64,000 nt of DNA. Source: Candidatus Poribacteria bacterium. GTDB taxonomy: Bacteria; Poribacteria; WGA-4E; WGA-3G. How positions within the stretch are numbered: position 1 is the stretch's first letter; every line of letters starts with the position of its first letter. The notes under the pieces are model-generated. The model made no database searches. It was not told where the DNA came from and saw nothing but the letters and a program-made list of their open reading frames with translations. The position numbers and the translations under genes are program-made. Below are positions 19,498 to 29,792 of this stretch, in pieces. The stretch spans positions 96,001 to 160,000 of the forward strand of contig CBDBFU010000003.1 in assembly GCA_965205025.1 (NCBI GenBank), given 5' to 3'.

Positions 19498-20358
19498 ATG
19501 TTACATCTTCAGAAGTGTTTCATCACATCTCTCTTCGTTGTAATTATCAGTGTCTGTTTTTCAACATTTACATATGCAGTGAAAATCGGTACACGGATAT
19601 TCACATCGGATCTTGCTAACGATATTGAATATACAGAGAAGTATTATGGGAAAGTGAATATACTTATAATATATTCACCTGATTTGAAAGAATCGGAGAA
19701 CATAACAAAACAATTTAGTAAGAAATATGATACTTCGATAGTGTGGCGACTTCAACCAGAGAGCAATGATATTGGTATGGTCATTGTGGATAAGTCTGGG
19801 TATGTCCGTTGGAAATACTTATATGAAACCTTGGATTTCAAGGCACAAGATCTACTGTCAGAACTTAGTAAACTCAAAAGAAGTAAACCATTATCTATTG
19901 ATTCACCTGTCCCAGATTTTAGATTGACTGATACTGATGGAAAAACAGAATATGCTCTATCAGATTATAAGGGTAAAAAGAACGTACTTGTTAGCCTTCT
20001 ACTTCAAACTTACTGACCGGTATGTTCAAACTACACATCGCAGTTTGCGATAGACAAACAACTATTTGACGAAGAATACGATACCGTTATCCTAACAATC
20101 AAACCGGAACCCCACGCAATCGTAAAGACATTTAAAGATCCTGAAACAATGGATGTTCCCATACTTGCTGATCCAGGATCTTCTGTTCATGAAGCCTTCG
20201 GAATTATCAAACCTTATCGTTTCCATAGACGTGACATGTACTTACCAGCTACATTCTTAGTGGATAAAGAAGGCAATTTGAAGTGGCTTTATGTTGGCAA
20301 AAGAAATACTGATCGTCCCTCCCGAGAACTTATTCTTGAACAACTCTCCAAACTATAA
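19498..20358 (+). CDS. Putative selenoprotein: exported redoxin/peroxiredoxin-like protein with UxxC (in-frame UGA 20014-20016)
   Basis: ORFs 19498-20016 and 20149-20358 share a frame; read-through gives PDFRL..LSDYKGKKNVLVSLLLQTY-U-PVC...ILADP..PATFLVDKEG, a complete thioredoxin fold of 286 aa. Confidence 0.85.
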
Positions 20359-20406
20359 CTATAGTAGATGTGTGTAACACACAACCAGGCACGACGTGAT
20401 GACCAA

Positions 20407-21831
20407 ATGAATCGTATTATTAAAAACACGTCCTCCCTTTTGAGTGCCCATATAATTGGCGGTCTTGCTTCGCTCGTAATCACAGTCTGGTTGATGCCTC
20501 GTTTCTTTACTGAGAAAGCGCAAGGTGGCTATTTTGTTGCTATTGCACTCACGAATCTCATAGCAAGTTTAACAGAACTCGGTATGCAGAATCCCTTGAT
20601 AAGGGAGATGACACTACATCGTGAACAAACACGACACTACCTGGGCAATGCACTTCTTGTTCGTCTCCTGTTGTCAGTGTTCGCGTATGCACTTATGATT
20701 GTTGTCGGTATATCTCTCGGGTATAGCACAATAATCGTTATGATGATTGTCTATTTAGGTTTAGCAGCGATAGTGAATTCTATTGCTCAACTTTATCGGT
20801 GTGTATTTCGCGCACATGAACAGATGAAATATGAAGGACTAACAGTGATTGCTGAACGTGGAATATTCTTTCTGGTTGGTGGGGCATTAATTCTACGAGG
20901 TTATGATCTTCTTAATGTCTGTCAAGTATGGTTAATTGCGAGTGGAATTAACCTATTTATGAGTATAGGTTTTACCAAATACCGTTTTACACCGCTTCGT
21001 TTTGAACCGAATCGACAACTTGTAACCGTTCTGATGCAACAGGCATTACCTTTTGCAATTGGAAATTTATTTAATCTACTCTACTTCCGAGTAGATGCAA
21101 TTATACTATCGAAACTAAGTCCTTATGGTGTAGATGCGAATACATGGTACGGTTTACCCTATACGTTTGTAAATGCCTTCACAATTATTTTACCGGGAGC
21201 ATTTATGATGGGAGCGATGTTTCCAGTACTCTCTCGTGCTTATGAGCAGGAACGAGATAAGTTGGGAGAAGCATATACGTTTGGTGTGCGATGGATGACG
21301 ATTACAGGTGTACCGTTAGCGGTCGGATTGGCAACGCTCTCTCATGAAATTTCTGCCCTACTGTTTGCAACCAAATCTATTGATACCATAGAGAAAATCG
21401 CTGCTGCATTGCAATTGTTAGGTATATCGGGTGGAATGATCTTTCTGACAAGTGTAGTATTGACAGTATTGCGTGCAGCAGATAAACGTCGTGCTTTTTC
21501 AACTCTCATGGGAACAACAGCACTCTTAAACATAGTATTGAATGTATATTTGATTCCACGGTACAGTCATGTGGGTGCAGCAGTAGCTATGGTTGTTAGT
21601 GAAGCTTATGTGCTTATAGTAGGATTTTGTTATATCTCTAAATACATTACCAAACTTACAACCACAGGTTTTATATATAAAACTATCGTAATCTCTGCAC
21701 TTATGGGGATAGGTGTGGTAATGCTAAAAGGAGTATTCCCAGTTTGGATTCTAATTCCGTTGGCTGTGCTATTTTATGGAGGTGGGATATATCTTTTAGG
21801 TGAATTTCGGGCAGAGTTTGAGTTTGAATAG
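20407..21831 (+). CDS. Wzx-like polysaccharide flippase (MOP superfamily)
   Basis: Many TM helices; ELG...LIRE, LYFRVD.IIL, LN..LIP.Y...GAA.A. Confidence 0.88.
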   Translation: MNRIIKNTSSLLSAHIIGGLASLVITVWLMPRFFTEKAQGGYFVAIALTNLIASLTELGMQNPLIREMTLHREQTRHYLGNALLVRLLLSVFAYALMIVVGISLGYSTIIVMMIVYLGLAAIVNSIAQLYRCVFRAHEQMKYEGLTVIAERGIFFLVGGALILRGYDLLNVCQVWLIASGINLFMSIGFTKYRFTPLRFEPNRQLVTVLMQQALPFAIGNLFNLLYFRVDAIILSKLSPYGVDANTWYGLPYTFVNAFTIILPGAFMMGAMFPVLSRAYEQERDKLGEAYTFGVRWMTITGVPLAVGLATLSHEISALLFATKSIDTIEKIAAALQLLGISGGMIFLTSVVLTVLRAADKRRAFSTLMGTTALLNIVLNVYLIPRYSHVGAAVAMVVSEAYVLIVGFCYISKYITKLTTTGFIYKTIVISALMGIGVVMLKGVFPVWILIPLAVLFYGGGIYLLGEFRAEFEFE

Positions 21832-21879
21832 AATGTGTTTCTTCAAGTGATTTGGGAATCTATTACGCAGTTTCCTTTC

Positions 21880-22205
21880 CTCCAGCATCTGATGATGAAG
21901 CAACATGAGTTGGGATGCTTGCAGGGTTTCTAATGCGTATGTTTTACCATTGAGATCAATAAACTCAACCTCAAATGCATTTTCCTCGTATTCTTCTACA
22001 ATTGTGCCTACCTGATGGATATAAACATCTTTACCATAATCTCGTTGTAGTTCCTTTTCACGACGATCTAAGTCATTAGTAATCCCGTATCGGATTATTT
22101 CGCTGCCTTTTTTAGATGGTATTTATAGGTGTTTTCGCTTTGGCTCAATGGGCACTCCTCTCGCTTTAATTTTTTAGGTAAGCATTCATCAATCAGAATG
22201 TGCAT
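21880..22205 (-). pseudogene. Chimeric remnants: DUF5615-type PIN toxin start, a small GIY-YIG-like ORF and a DUF4926-type C-terminus
   Basis: MHILIDECLPKKLKRE / NTYKYHLK(fs)KGSEIIRYGITNDLDRREKELQRDYGKDVYIHQVG / TIVEEYEENAFEVEFIDLNGKTYALETLQASQLMLLHH. Confidence 0.6.
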
Positions 22206-22439
22206 AGGCTTGTGTGAGTAGCATTTCCTTTGCTAATTCCAATGCCTTTATTGCTTGCATATGGCTAACAGAAGGGAAATCGTCCAAGAATTTCTATAAA
22301 CTGTCACCTGCTTCCAAATAGTCAATCAGGTTTTTGATGGGACACGCGTATTCTTAAAAACCGGTGTACCACTCATAATTCTTGGATTACACGTGATTAT
22401 CTCGTGAAATACCCGCATTGTTTCTTTAGTCAATTCCAT
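22189..22439 (-). pseudogene. DUF433 antitoxin, frameshifted and with internal stop
   Basis: IITCNPRIMSGTPVFKNTRVP(fs)IKNLIDYLEAGDSL*KFLDDFPSVS. Confidence 0.8.
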
Positions 22440-22604
22440 GGTTTAATTCTCCGTTTAAATAATATTGACGATAGTTAGGATACCACGAAAACTCAATAAT
22501 TAGCAAATTTACCTTATGGGTTGTGTAGTTTTCTCGTATTTAGAATCCAGTTGTTAAACACTGATGTTGTTAGAAATGAATCTTGGGGAGATACAGTTAT
22601 ATTT

Positions 22605-23879
22605 CTAATGAGAATATATACTCTGCAACATTTCAAAATATTTGGGAAATGTCTTACTAACACATTCAGGATCATTGATCCAGATTCCTGGAATTTTCAA
22701 ACCAATAAGCGAAAATGCCATTGCCACACGATGATCACTATAGGTGTCAATTGCTGCAGGGGTAATAGCTGAAGGCATAATATCAAGTCCATCTTGGTGT
22801 TCATCTACCGATACCCCTAACTTCCTAAGTTCGGTAACCATCGCATGAATCCGATCAGTTTCCTGCCATCGGGTATGTTCAATATTTCGGATGCGAACTT
22901 TACCGTCGGCAAAAGGGGCAATTGCCGCCAAGGTTAATGAGGTATCCGATATATCCTTCATATCAACATTAATACCTTTTAACTTTTCCGGTCCGTTTAC
23001 TGTAATACCTCTTTCAGAAACAGACACCTGACATCCCATCTGTTCTAAGACATGCACAAATTGAATATCACCTTGTGCAGAATCTGTGGATAGATGCTTT
23101 ACCGTAACATGTCCACCCGTGATTGCAGCGGCAGCAAAAAAGTAGGATGCACTGGAAGCATCAGGTTCAATATGGTAAGGTCGAGGTTGATACTGTTGTC
23201 CACCAGGAATGTGGAAATGTTGATAGTTTTTGTTGATAACTTGTGCACCGAACGCCTCCATAACTGCTATCGTGATGTCAATATAGGGTGTTTTGAGATT
23301 TCCAATAACTTCTATATCCATCCCTTTTTTAGCATAAGGGGCACTCAGCATCAAAGACGTTAAAAATTGACTGCTTTTACTTGTATCAAGAGTGGTTTTA
23401 CCCCCTTTAAGTCCATTTGCTTTAACAGTAACAGGGAGATAGCCATTTTCATATTGTGAATGTGCCGAGACACCAAGCTGCTGTAAGGCATCTAATAAAT
23501 CTGATATAGGACGACCCTGACGCATTGGTTCATCACCATCAATAACAAACTCACCATGTCCGAGAGAAATATAGCTGATTATGGATCGGGTAGTTGTCCC
23601 AGAATTGCCAACATAAAGTTCTGCTTTCTTAACAGGTATATTTCCACCATTTCCAGTGACGTAAAAGGTGGCTTGTTCTGAATCTTCAGTAATATCCACC
23701 CCCAGTTTTCGGAGAGCATTGCACATATAGTACGTATCATCGCTAAAGAGTGCACCTGTTAATGTAGAATCGCCTTGTGCCAGAGCAGCAACTAACAGGG
23801 CACGGTTGGTAAAACTTTTGGAACCAGGAACTTCTATTTCTACGTTGGGAGGGTCGTGAATCGGTTGTATTTCAATCAT
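22605..23879 (-). CDS. aroA: 3-phosphoshikimate 1-carboxyvinyltransferase
   Basis: PGSKSFTNRAL, GNSGTT.R, SSQF, QETDRI, DHRVAM, KTFP. Confidence 0.96.
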   Translation of the reverse strand: MIEIQPIHDPPNVEIEVPGSKSFTNRALLVAALAQGDSTLTGALFSDDTYYMCNALRKLGVDITEDSEQATFYVTGNGGNIPVKKAELYVGNSGTTTRSIISYISLGHGEFVIDGDEPMRQGRPISDLLDALQQLGVSAHSQYENGYLPVTVKANGLKGGKTTLDTSKSSQFLTSLMLSAPYAKKGMDIEVIGNLKTPYIDITIAVMEAFGAQVINKNYQHFHIPGGQQYQPRPYHIEPDASSASYFFAAAAITGGHVTVKHLSTDSAQGDIQFVHVLEQMGCQVSVSERGITVNGPEKLKGINVDMKDISDTSLTLAAIAPFADGKVRIRNIEHTRWQETDRIHAMVTELRKLGVSVDEHQDGLDIMPSAITPAAIDTYSDHRVAMAFSLIGLKIPGIWINDPECVSKTFPKYFEMLQSIYSH

Positions 23880-23884
23880 GTCGC

Positions 23885-24785
23885 TTAGGACAGGAGTCCT
23901 AATTCGGTCAGCAATTCCCTAAGTTCTGCTTTAGCAGTTTCATCTAAGGGTAGCAACGGACTTGTTGTATATGCATTACAGACTCCTAAAATCTCCAAGC
24001 ATGCTTTCATACCACTTACACCTTGTCCGTAGGTATACATTTTACTGAGTCTAATCATCCAATTTTGAAGTCGATTAACCTCATCAAGGTCGCGTGCTTT
24101 TGCTGCGTTGTAGAGTGCTACAGATTCCTTCGGTGCAACATTGGCAATTGAGATAACTCCCCCATCTGCACCAAATAACAATGCAGGCAGCTAAGGCGAA
24201 ATGTGAACCAAGCATAATGGTGAAGTCGTCCCGGTCACCCAACAATGCAATTAGATTTATACTATTTGCCCAATCACCGGAACTATCTTTAATACCAACA
24301 ATATTGTCACAATCATCTGCAAGTTGAACCACTATTTGAGGTTTTATCGCAGTCTTGACAGTTGATGGGATGTTGTAGATGAGTACGGGGAGTTCTGTAC
24401 TTGCAGCAACTTCCTGATAGAACTGGATGATGTCAGCATCATCAGTAGAGGGGTAGTAATAACCGGGGGTTGCAGCGACAGCCTCAACTTCATATTGCTC
24501 CACAAGTTGGATGTTCTGTATCACACGTTGTGTACTTGTATCCATGACACAACAGATTATAGGGATACGTCCAGCGACAGTCTTAGTGGCAATATCTAAC
24601 GCTCGTTCACGTTCTGCATTTGTTAAAGTCGTAAATTCACCAGAAGATCCTAATAGATAAATTCCGTGAACTCCGTTTTCTATCAAGCGATTGAGTTGTC
24701 TTATAAATCCTGCTTCATCAACACGTTCTTTTTCATCAAGTGGTGTAACTGTCGGAGTAAAAATTCCCTCATAACGGATATTCAT
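23885..24785 (-). CDS. DapA-like aldolase family protein; one frameshift near 24190 (possibly sequencing error)
   Basis: GSSGEF, YNIP and GIKDSSG in the first ORF; FGADGGVISIANVAP continues in the second ORF. Confidence 0.85.
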
Positions 24786-24982
24786 TATTTTCCTCTTTAT
24801 GTATCCCTAAGTTATACTGATTTCAGTTTAGCAAAGCCTATTTTAAATGTCAATAACTTCTAAATGTGGTAATATAGACGGCGAAACTACCTAAATCTTG
24901 ACAATTCACACATAAAATCTACGGTAGTCATATATAATGGTCTGATGTTTAGAGAAACTACGAATCGAAGGTCGAACAGAAA

Positions 24983-26771
24983 ATGAATATTCGAACACAA
25001 CTGACACTTAGTTACATAGGTATCGTGTTGCTGGTATTATTTGCGATATACTTAATTCTTGAGGTAACGCTTAAGGGATTGCTCAGTAATCGTATTACTA
25101 ATGAATTAGAAATTCAGGCATCGCTTACCAGAGAATTCTTAATTGAGGAACTTCCACAAAAGAGAATTTTACTTATGGGGTCATTGATGGTTTGATCGAT
25201 AGAATCGGTGAAGCAGGAAATGTACGATTAACCTTCATTGATCACACTGGAGTTGTTTGGGGTGATACTGAGAGAGACGGAGACTCATTGGTTGAAATGA
25301 ATAATCACTTGGATCGTCCTGAGATTCAGCAAGCAATCAAAAATGGCAGCGGTATGGCAAATCGAAAAAGTGCCACAACCCAGACTAACTTCCGATACTT
25401 CGCGCTACCCATAGAACAGCATGGAAATTTGATTGGATTTTCACGCGTAGCAATGCCGATGGAAACAGTGAATAACTCGCTTAGTAAAATCCAACATCCC
25501 CTTTTATTAGTGAGTATCGCAGGTTCTATTCTGGTCATCATTATTACAGTCTTTACGACCGGTGCGATTGTCAAACCCATTAAGAAGTTAACGCAGATGA
25601 CACAGTCCGTTGCAACAGGTGAAATGACTACTCCTGTCGAAGTTAATTCTGCAAATGAATTAGGACATCTCTCTCGAAATTTCAACATTATGACAGATAG
25701 AGTGCAGACGCAGATTGATAGAATATCATTAGAGAACCAACGTTTAGAAACTATCTTAAACAGTATGAGTGAAGGTGTGCTATTGGTTAATGGTCCATCT
25801 GAAATAACCTATGCAAATCCAGCAGCTATTACCATGTTGAATCTTCCAAAAAATTATGTGGGGAGAGCCCTAATTGAAATTAACCGTATTCCTCAACTTC
25901 AAGCATTAGTTCGAAATGCAGAGAAAACACAGGAACTCGCTTTCTCCGAAATTCGTCTTGCCAATCTTAACGAATCGGAAGCAGAGGTTACAGTCGTTCC
26001 TGTTGCATCACAAAATGAATATGTGATCGTTATCCATGATGTTAGTAAACTACGGAGATTGGAACGTATCCGAGCAGATTTTGTCGCAAATGTCTCCCAT
26101 GAACTACGAACTCCTCTCACTACAATTCATGGATACGCTGAAACACTATTGACTAATGGTAATACAAAAACTAAAAAGCGGAAAGAATTTCTCGTGAAGA
26201 TCTTAAAACACTCTGAACGTCTTTCACGTTTAGTTTCTGATCTGCTGGAATTGGCGCGGCTTGAAACAGGGGAGGTGGAATTGAAACTAACACAATGCCA
26301 CCTAAAGGAATTCCATGAACAGGTTTTGGATGTGTTTGAACCGGTGTTAGAGGAATCTGGGGTAACTCTCGAATGGGAGATACCAGAAGATCTCCCACAG
26401 ATTAACGTTGATAGTCAACTTTTTATGCAGGTATTTGTGAATCTGATTGATAATGCAATTAAATACACACCTGACGGTGGTGTGATTACGGTTTCTGCAG
26501 AACCGAGTAGGACAAACTCTGATGCTGTCAACGAAGTTGTCGTACATATTCAGGATACTGGCATTGGAATTCCATCAGAGTCACAACCGCGTGTTTTTGA
26601 ACGGTTTTATCGTGTTGATAAAGGAAGAGAACGGAAAATGGGAGGAACTGGTTTGGATTGGCTATTACTAAACATATCTTGTTATGCCACAAGGGACGTA
26701 TATGGTTGGAAAGTGAATTGGGGCAAGGGACAGTGTTTCACTTCGCAGTGCCGATTGGTATACCAACCTAA
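24983..26771 (+). CDS. phoR: PhoR-like HAMP-PAS sensor histidine kinase; two single-base frameshifts (~25160, ~26656)
   Basis: NHLDRPEI, DFVANVSHELRTPLT, NLIDNAIKY, FERFYRVDK; adding one G restores GGTGLGLAITKHI...ESELGQGTVFHF, stop at 26771. Confidence 0.8.
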
Positions 26772-27435
26772 ATTTGCCACTTCTGTTCTGTCCATGCCAT
26801 CTCCCAAAACATGTATTCGTACCGGCTACTCATCAGAAAATTGTGCTGAATTCTTTCTTTTTCTGTAGTACTACTTTCAGTTGTAATTTTGTTTAACAAA
26901 CCCCTCAGCCATTCACCTAAAGCATGAAAATCAGGAGAAGCATACATATCTATCCACTCTTGATAAAGCGGGTCAGGTGAACCTCCTTGTTTGGAAAGTG
27001 TCGTGCCGATTTCTGCATAACCCCATTGACAGGGTAATACACCTGCTATAACGTCTGCTAATGTCCCAGTTTGTGCTACTTGGAGCAGATGACGGGTATA
27101 AGCATGTGTGGTTGGTGCCATAGGAGCTGCTTCCATTTCTTCGGGAGAGATGCTAAATTTCTCACAGTATCCGCGATGTAAGTCCATTTCGGTGTTCAAT
27201 GTTTCGTTTAGTAAATTAGCAAAAAGTGCCATTGTTGATTCGTCAGGAGCCTTTATAACTCCATACGCGAAGACCCGACTATAATCTAATAAAAAAAGAT
27301 AATCCTGAATTAAATAGAACTTGAACTTTTCTTTAGGCAGACTTCCATCTGCCATTCCTCGTACGAATGGATGTTGAGATCTGCTTCCCAAATAGGGGCA
27401 GCGTATTGCCTGAGTTCATCTGTGAATTTTGCCAT
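26768..27435 (-). CDS. tenA: Thiaminase II TenA; frameshift near 27374
   Basis: MAKFTDELRQYAAPIWEADL(fs)HPFV, FKFYLIQDYLFL, PCQWGY, YQEWIDMY, YEYMFWEMA. Confidence 0.9.
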
Positions 27436-27514
27436 TTGTGTCACATAGTCCCTTGATTATAAATTAGAATGTATATACTATTCATAATACCTTAAATACA
27501 TTGAGGATGTCAAA

Positions 27515-28423
27515 ATGTTTGAAAAACTTGGAATTGTCACGAATATCTGGGCAAAAGAAATAGAAAATGGTGCACGTTTTAGTGATTTGATGGTGGAATT
27601 CGGTGAAAATGGATTTAAAAATATGGAAGTACGTGAAGGAGATTACCTACGCAATTCTGAATTTGGACAATTGATTGATAGATTAGAAGATGTGATGATG
27701 AAATACACCGATTCAGAATTCAAGACTATTTGTCATACAGTATGGGATTGTGTTTGTGAGCAGAAAGACTATGATACGAACTATACCGAACATCCTAAAC
27801 TGTTTAATGAGGTGGTCGGTTTTGCTCAGAAAGCAATCGAATTGACACTTAGTTATGCCATGTCTCATCCATGGTTGTCGGAACCTGATGATCTTGAAAC
27901 GGACACACAACAAATTGTAATCGCTAAGAAAATAGCGTATATGCTGTGTCCATCAGGCGCAAGATTACGTCTCGTAGATTTGGATACTGAAGGAGAAATT
28001 GATGAAAACGCTGCAATAGCAAATATTAAACGGTATACTTCCATATTATCAGATTATCCAATGACTTTTGCCGTGGAAAATGCGCGTCAGTCTGCATCGT
28101 TGACCCTAAAGTTAGCTGTGGCAGGAGGTGCAAAACTTACTTATGACGAGACAAACACTTACCGTCCTGATGGGACAACTCTAAATACACCTGGTGAATT
28201 TTGGGGACGCGTGAAGATGGACGATCTTACATCGGTACATTTTAAGCAGAAAACAGAAGAGGGTGTGTTATCAGAGGTAGGGGATGGATATGTAGATTTT
28301 AGAGTAATAAAAAAGCATCTAAAATCTGGGAATTATACGGGTGATCTGTTGCTTGAAAATACGGCTACTACACACTCTTTAATCGATGCAATAAACAGTA
28401 GGGAATACCTGCTTGGATGTTAA
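27515..28423 (+). CDS. Xylose isomerase-like/AP-endonuclease-2 TIM barrel protein
   Basis: FAVEN, YDETN, VHFKQ, VGDGYVDF, YTGDLLLE. Confidence 0.6.
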   Translation: MFEKLGIVTNIWAKEIENGARFSDLMVEFGENGFKNMEVREGDYLRNSEFGQLIDRLEDVMMKYTDSEFKTICHTVWDCVCEQKDYDTNYTEHPKLFNEVVGFAQKAIELTLSYAMSHPWLSEPDDLETDTQQIVIAKKIAYMLCPSGARLRLVDLDTEGEIDENAAIANIKRYTSILSDYPMTFAVENARQSASLTLKLAVAGGAKLTYDETNTYRPDGTTLNTPGEFWGRVKMDDLTSVHFKQKTEEGVLSEVGDGYVDFRVIKKHLKSGNYTGDLLLENTATTHSLIDAINSREYLLGC

Positions 28424-28434
28424 GGAGGTAAGAT

Positions 28435-29778
28435 CTAACCCAACAATGAAGCTACGAGTGCTTCCATCGCTTGGGTTGTACCGACGTCAGGAAGAGATGA
28501 CATTGCTGCCCACGTTTCATATCCACCTTGTTCTGTTAATGCTTCGTCTGTGCAGATGTAACCAATATATCCGTTTGCCAAACTAACAAGAAACAGAGGT
28601 CTTGCATCGGATTCTGATTTGATGTTTATTCCTGTCTCAACGAATACTTCTCCGGGTAGAGCAACAATTGCAGCTTCACCAAGTCGTAGGACTTGTACCG
28701 GGGACGTTAGTTCTTCCGGGAGGGTTGCTAAACGTTGGCATTCGAGAGCGTAAACATCAACAAGAGCATTTGGAATTGGTTGTCCGACAACCCAACTAAA
28801 CGGTCCAGTTTCGTATTCATCATAAGTTCCCGGTTCAACAGCTAATATCTTTTCTGCTACGGTTAAATCGTCATCTGTAATTGGTTTCCGTGGGAACGTT
28901 AATGTTTCCAGTTTTCCACTAAGTTGTAGGGTATCATGCATCTGCATGAACTGCATCTCGGTGATGAAATGTCCTGCAATGACATTTGCCATTTTCACCG
29001 CTTGTTTATGTCCACCCGCTGTCCATCTCGTTTTTCCACTAAAGTCTATATTATTGATTTGTCCTGATGCCGCATTCCAAAGGAGAGATATACAAGATTC
29101 ACCTAAATATCGTCGCATCAATCGATCAAAGTGACCAAAGTAGTCTGCAGAAATAGCACTTCCGTTGTCTGTGCCAATGTAGTGAAGTGAAAAGTTAGCA
29201 ACTGCTGAAATGGGTGTACTATCTTCAGCTTCAACATATAACATTCCTATTTCTGGATCAATTGGACCGATAGGTTTCATAAGATCAGGATTTTCAACCC
29301 CAGGATTCATACGGACAGTGCCGTCCTTCATGTGCCATCGTCGGTTGAAAGTAATTCGATCTTCATTAACACTTGAAAAACCAACACGAGCAGGTTTTAA
29401 ACGTATTACTGCTAACTCAACAGCATCTGCAATTTTCAGTGGAACCCAATCAGTGTAATATGTATCTTCATCAACACCCAGTAAGTTAGCCACAGCCACA
29501 GCAGTGTGTGTATGTGTTGCGTTTACCATGACATGTTCAGGAGGAATGTTGCATCGATCTGCTATACGTTGTTTTGCCTGATCAACCATCTCTTCTGTTA
29601 CTGCGATCAAATCACAGGTAACCATGGCAATTCGTGTGGATTCGTTCTCAACAACGAGTGCCTTCGCAAACAGTTCATCATCAATGTTCTGTGCATATCG
29701 TGGACGAAATCCACCGGGAATTGCTGTTCCGAGTGGAGGAGTGATATTTGATGTTGCGGATCCGGCTATGATAGACAT
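28435..29778 (-). CDS. Neutral/alkaline ceramidase-like hydrolase
   Basis: ITPPLG, DELFAKALV, NATHTH, NFSLH, SADY, LPGEVF, ANGYIGY, GGYE. Confidence 0.8.
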   Translation of the reverse strand: MSIIAGSATSNITPPLGTAIPGGFRPRYAQNIDDELFAKALVVENESTRIAMVTCDLIAVTEEMVDQAKQRIADRCNIPPEHVMVNATHTHTAVAVANLLGVDEDTYYTDWVPLKIADAVELAVIRLKPARVGFSSVNEDRITFNRRWHMKDGTVRMNPGVENPDLMKPIGPIDPEIGMLYVEAEDSTPISAVANFSLHYIGTDNGSAISADYFGHFDRLMRRYLGESCISLLWNAASGQINNIDFSGKTRWTAGGHKQAVKMANVIAGHFITEMQFMQMHDTLQLSGKLETLTFPRKPITDDDLTVAEKILAVEPGTYDEYETGPFSWVVGQPIPNALVDVYALECQRLATLPEELTSPVQVLRLGEAAIVALPGEVFVETGINIKSESDARPLFLVSLANGYIGYICTDEALTEQGGYETWAAMSSLPDVGTTQAMEALVASLLG

Positions 29779-29792
29779 ATTCTTATTATAAG

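Noticed and set aside
26656-26868. Unusual C-terminus of the histidine kinase overlapping tenA
   Set aside because: Produced by a 1-nt frameshift; the canonical G2-box tail is in another frame and ends at 26771.
27436-27514. TPP riboswitch upstream of tenA
   Set aside because: Only ~80 bp of intergenic space and no TPP aptamer core (CUGAGA...ACCUG) visible.
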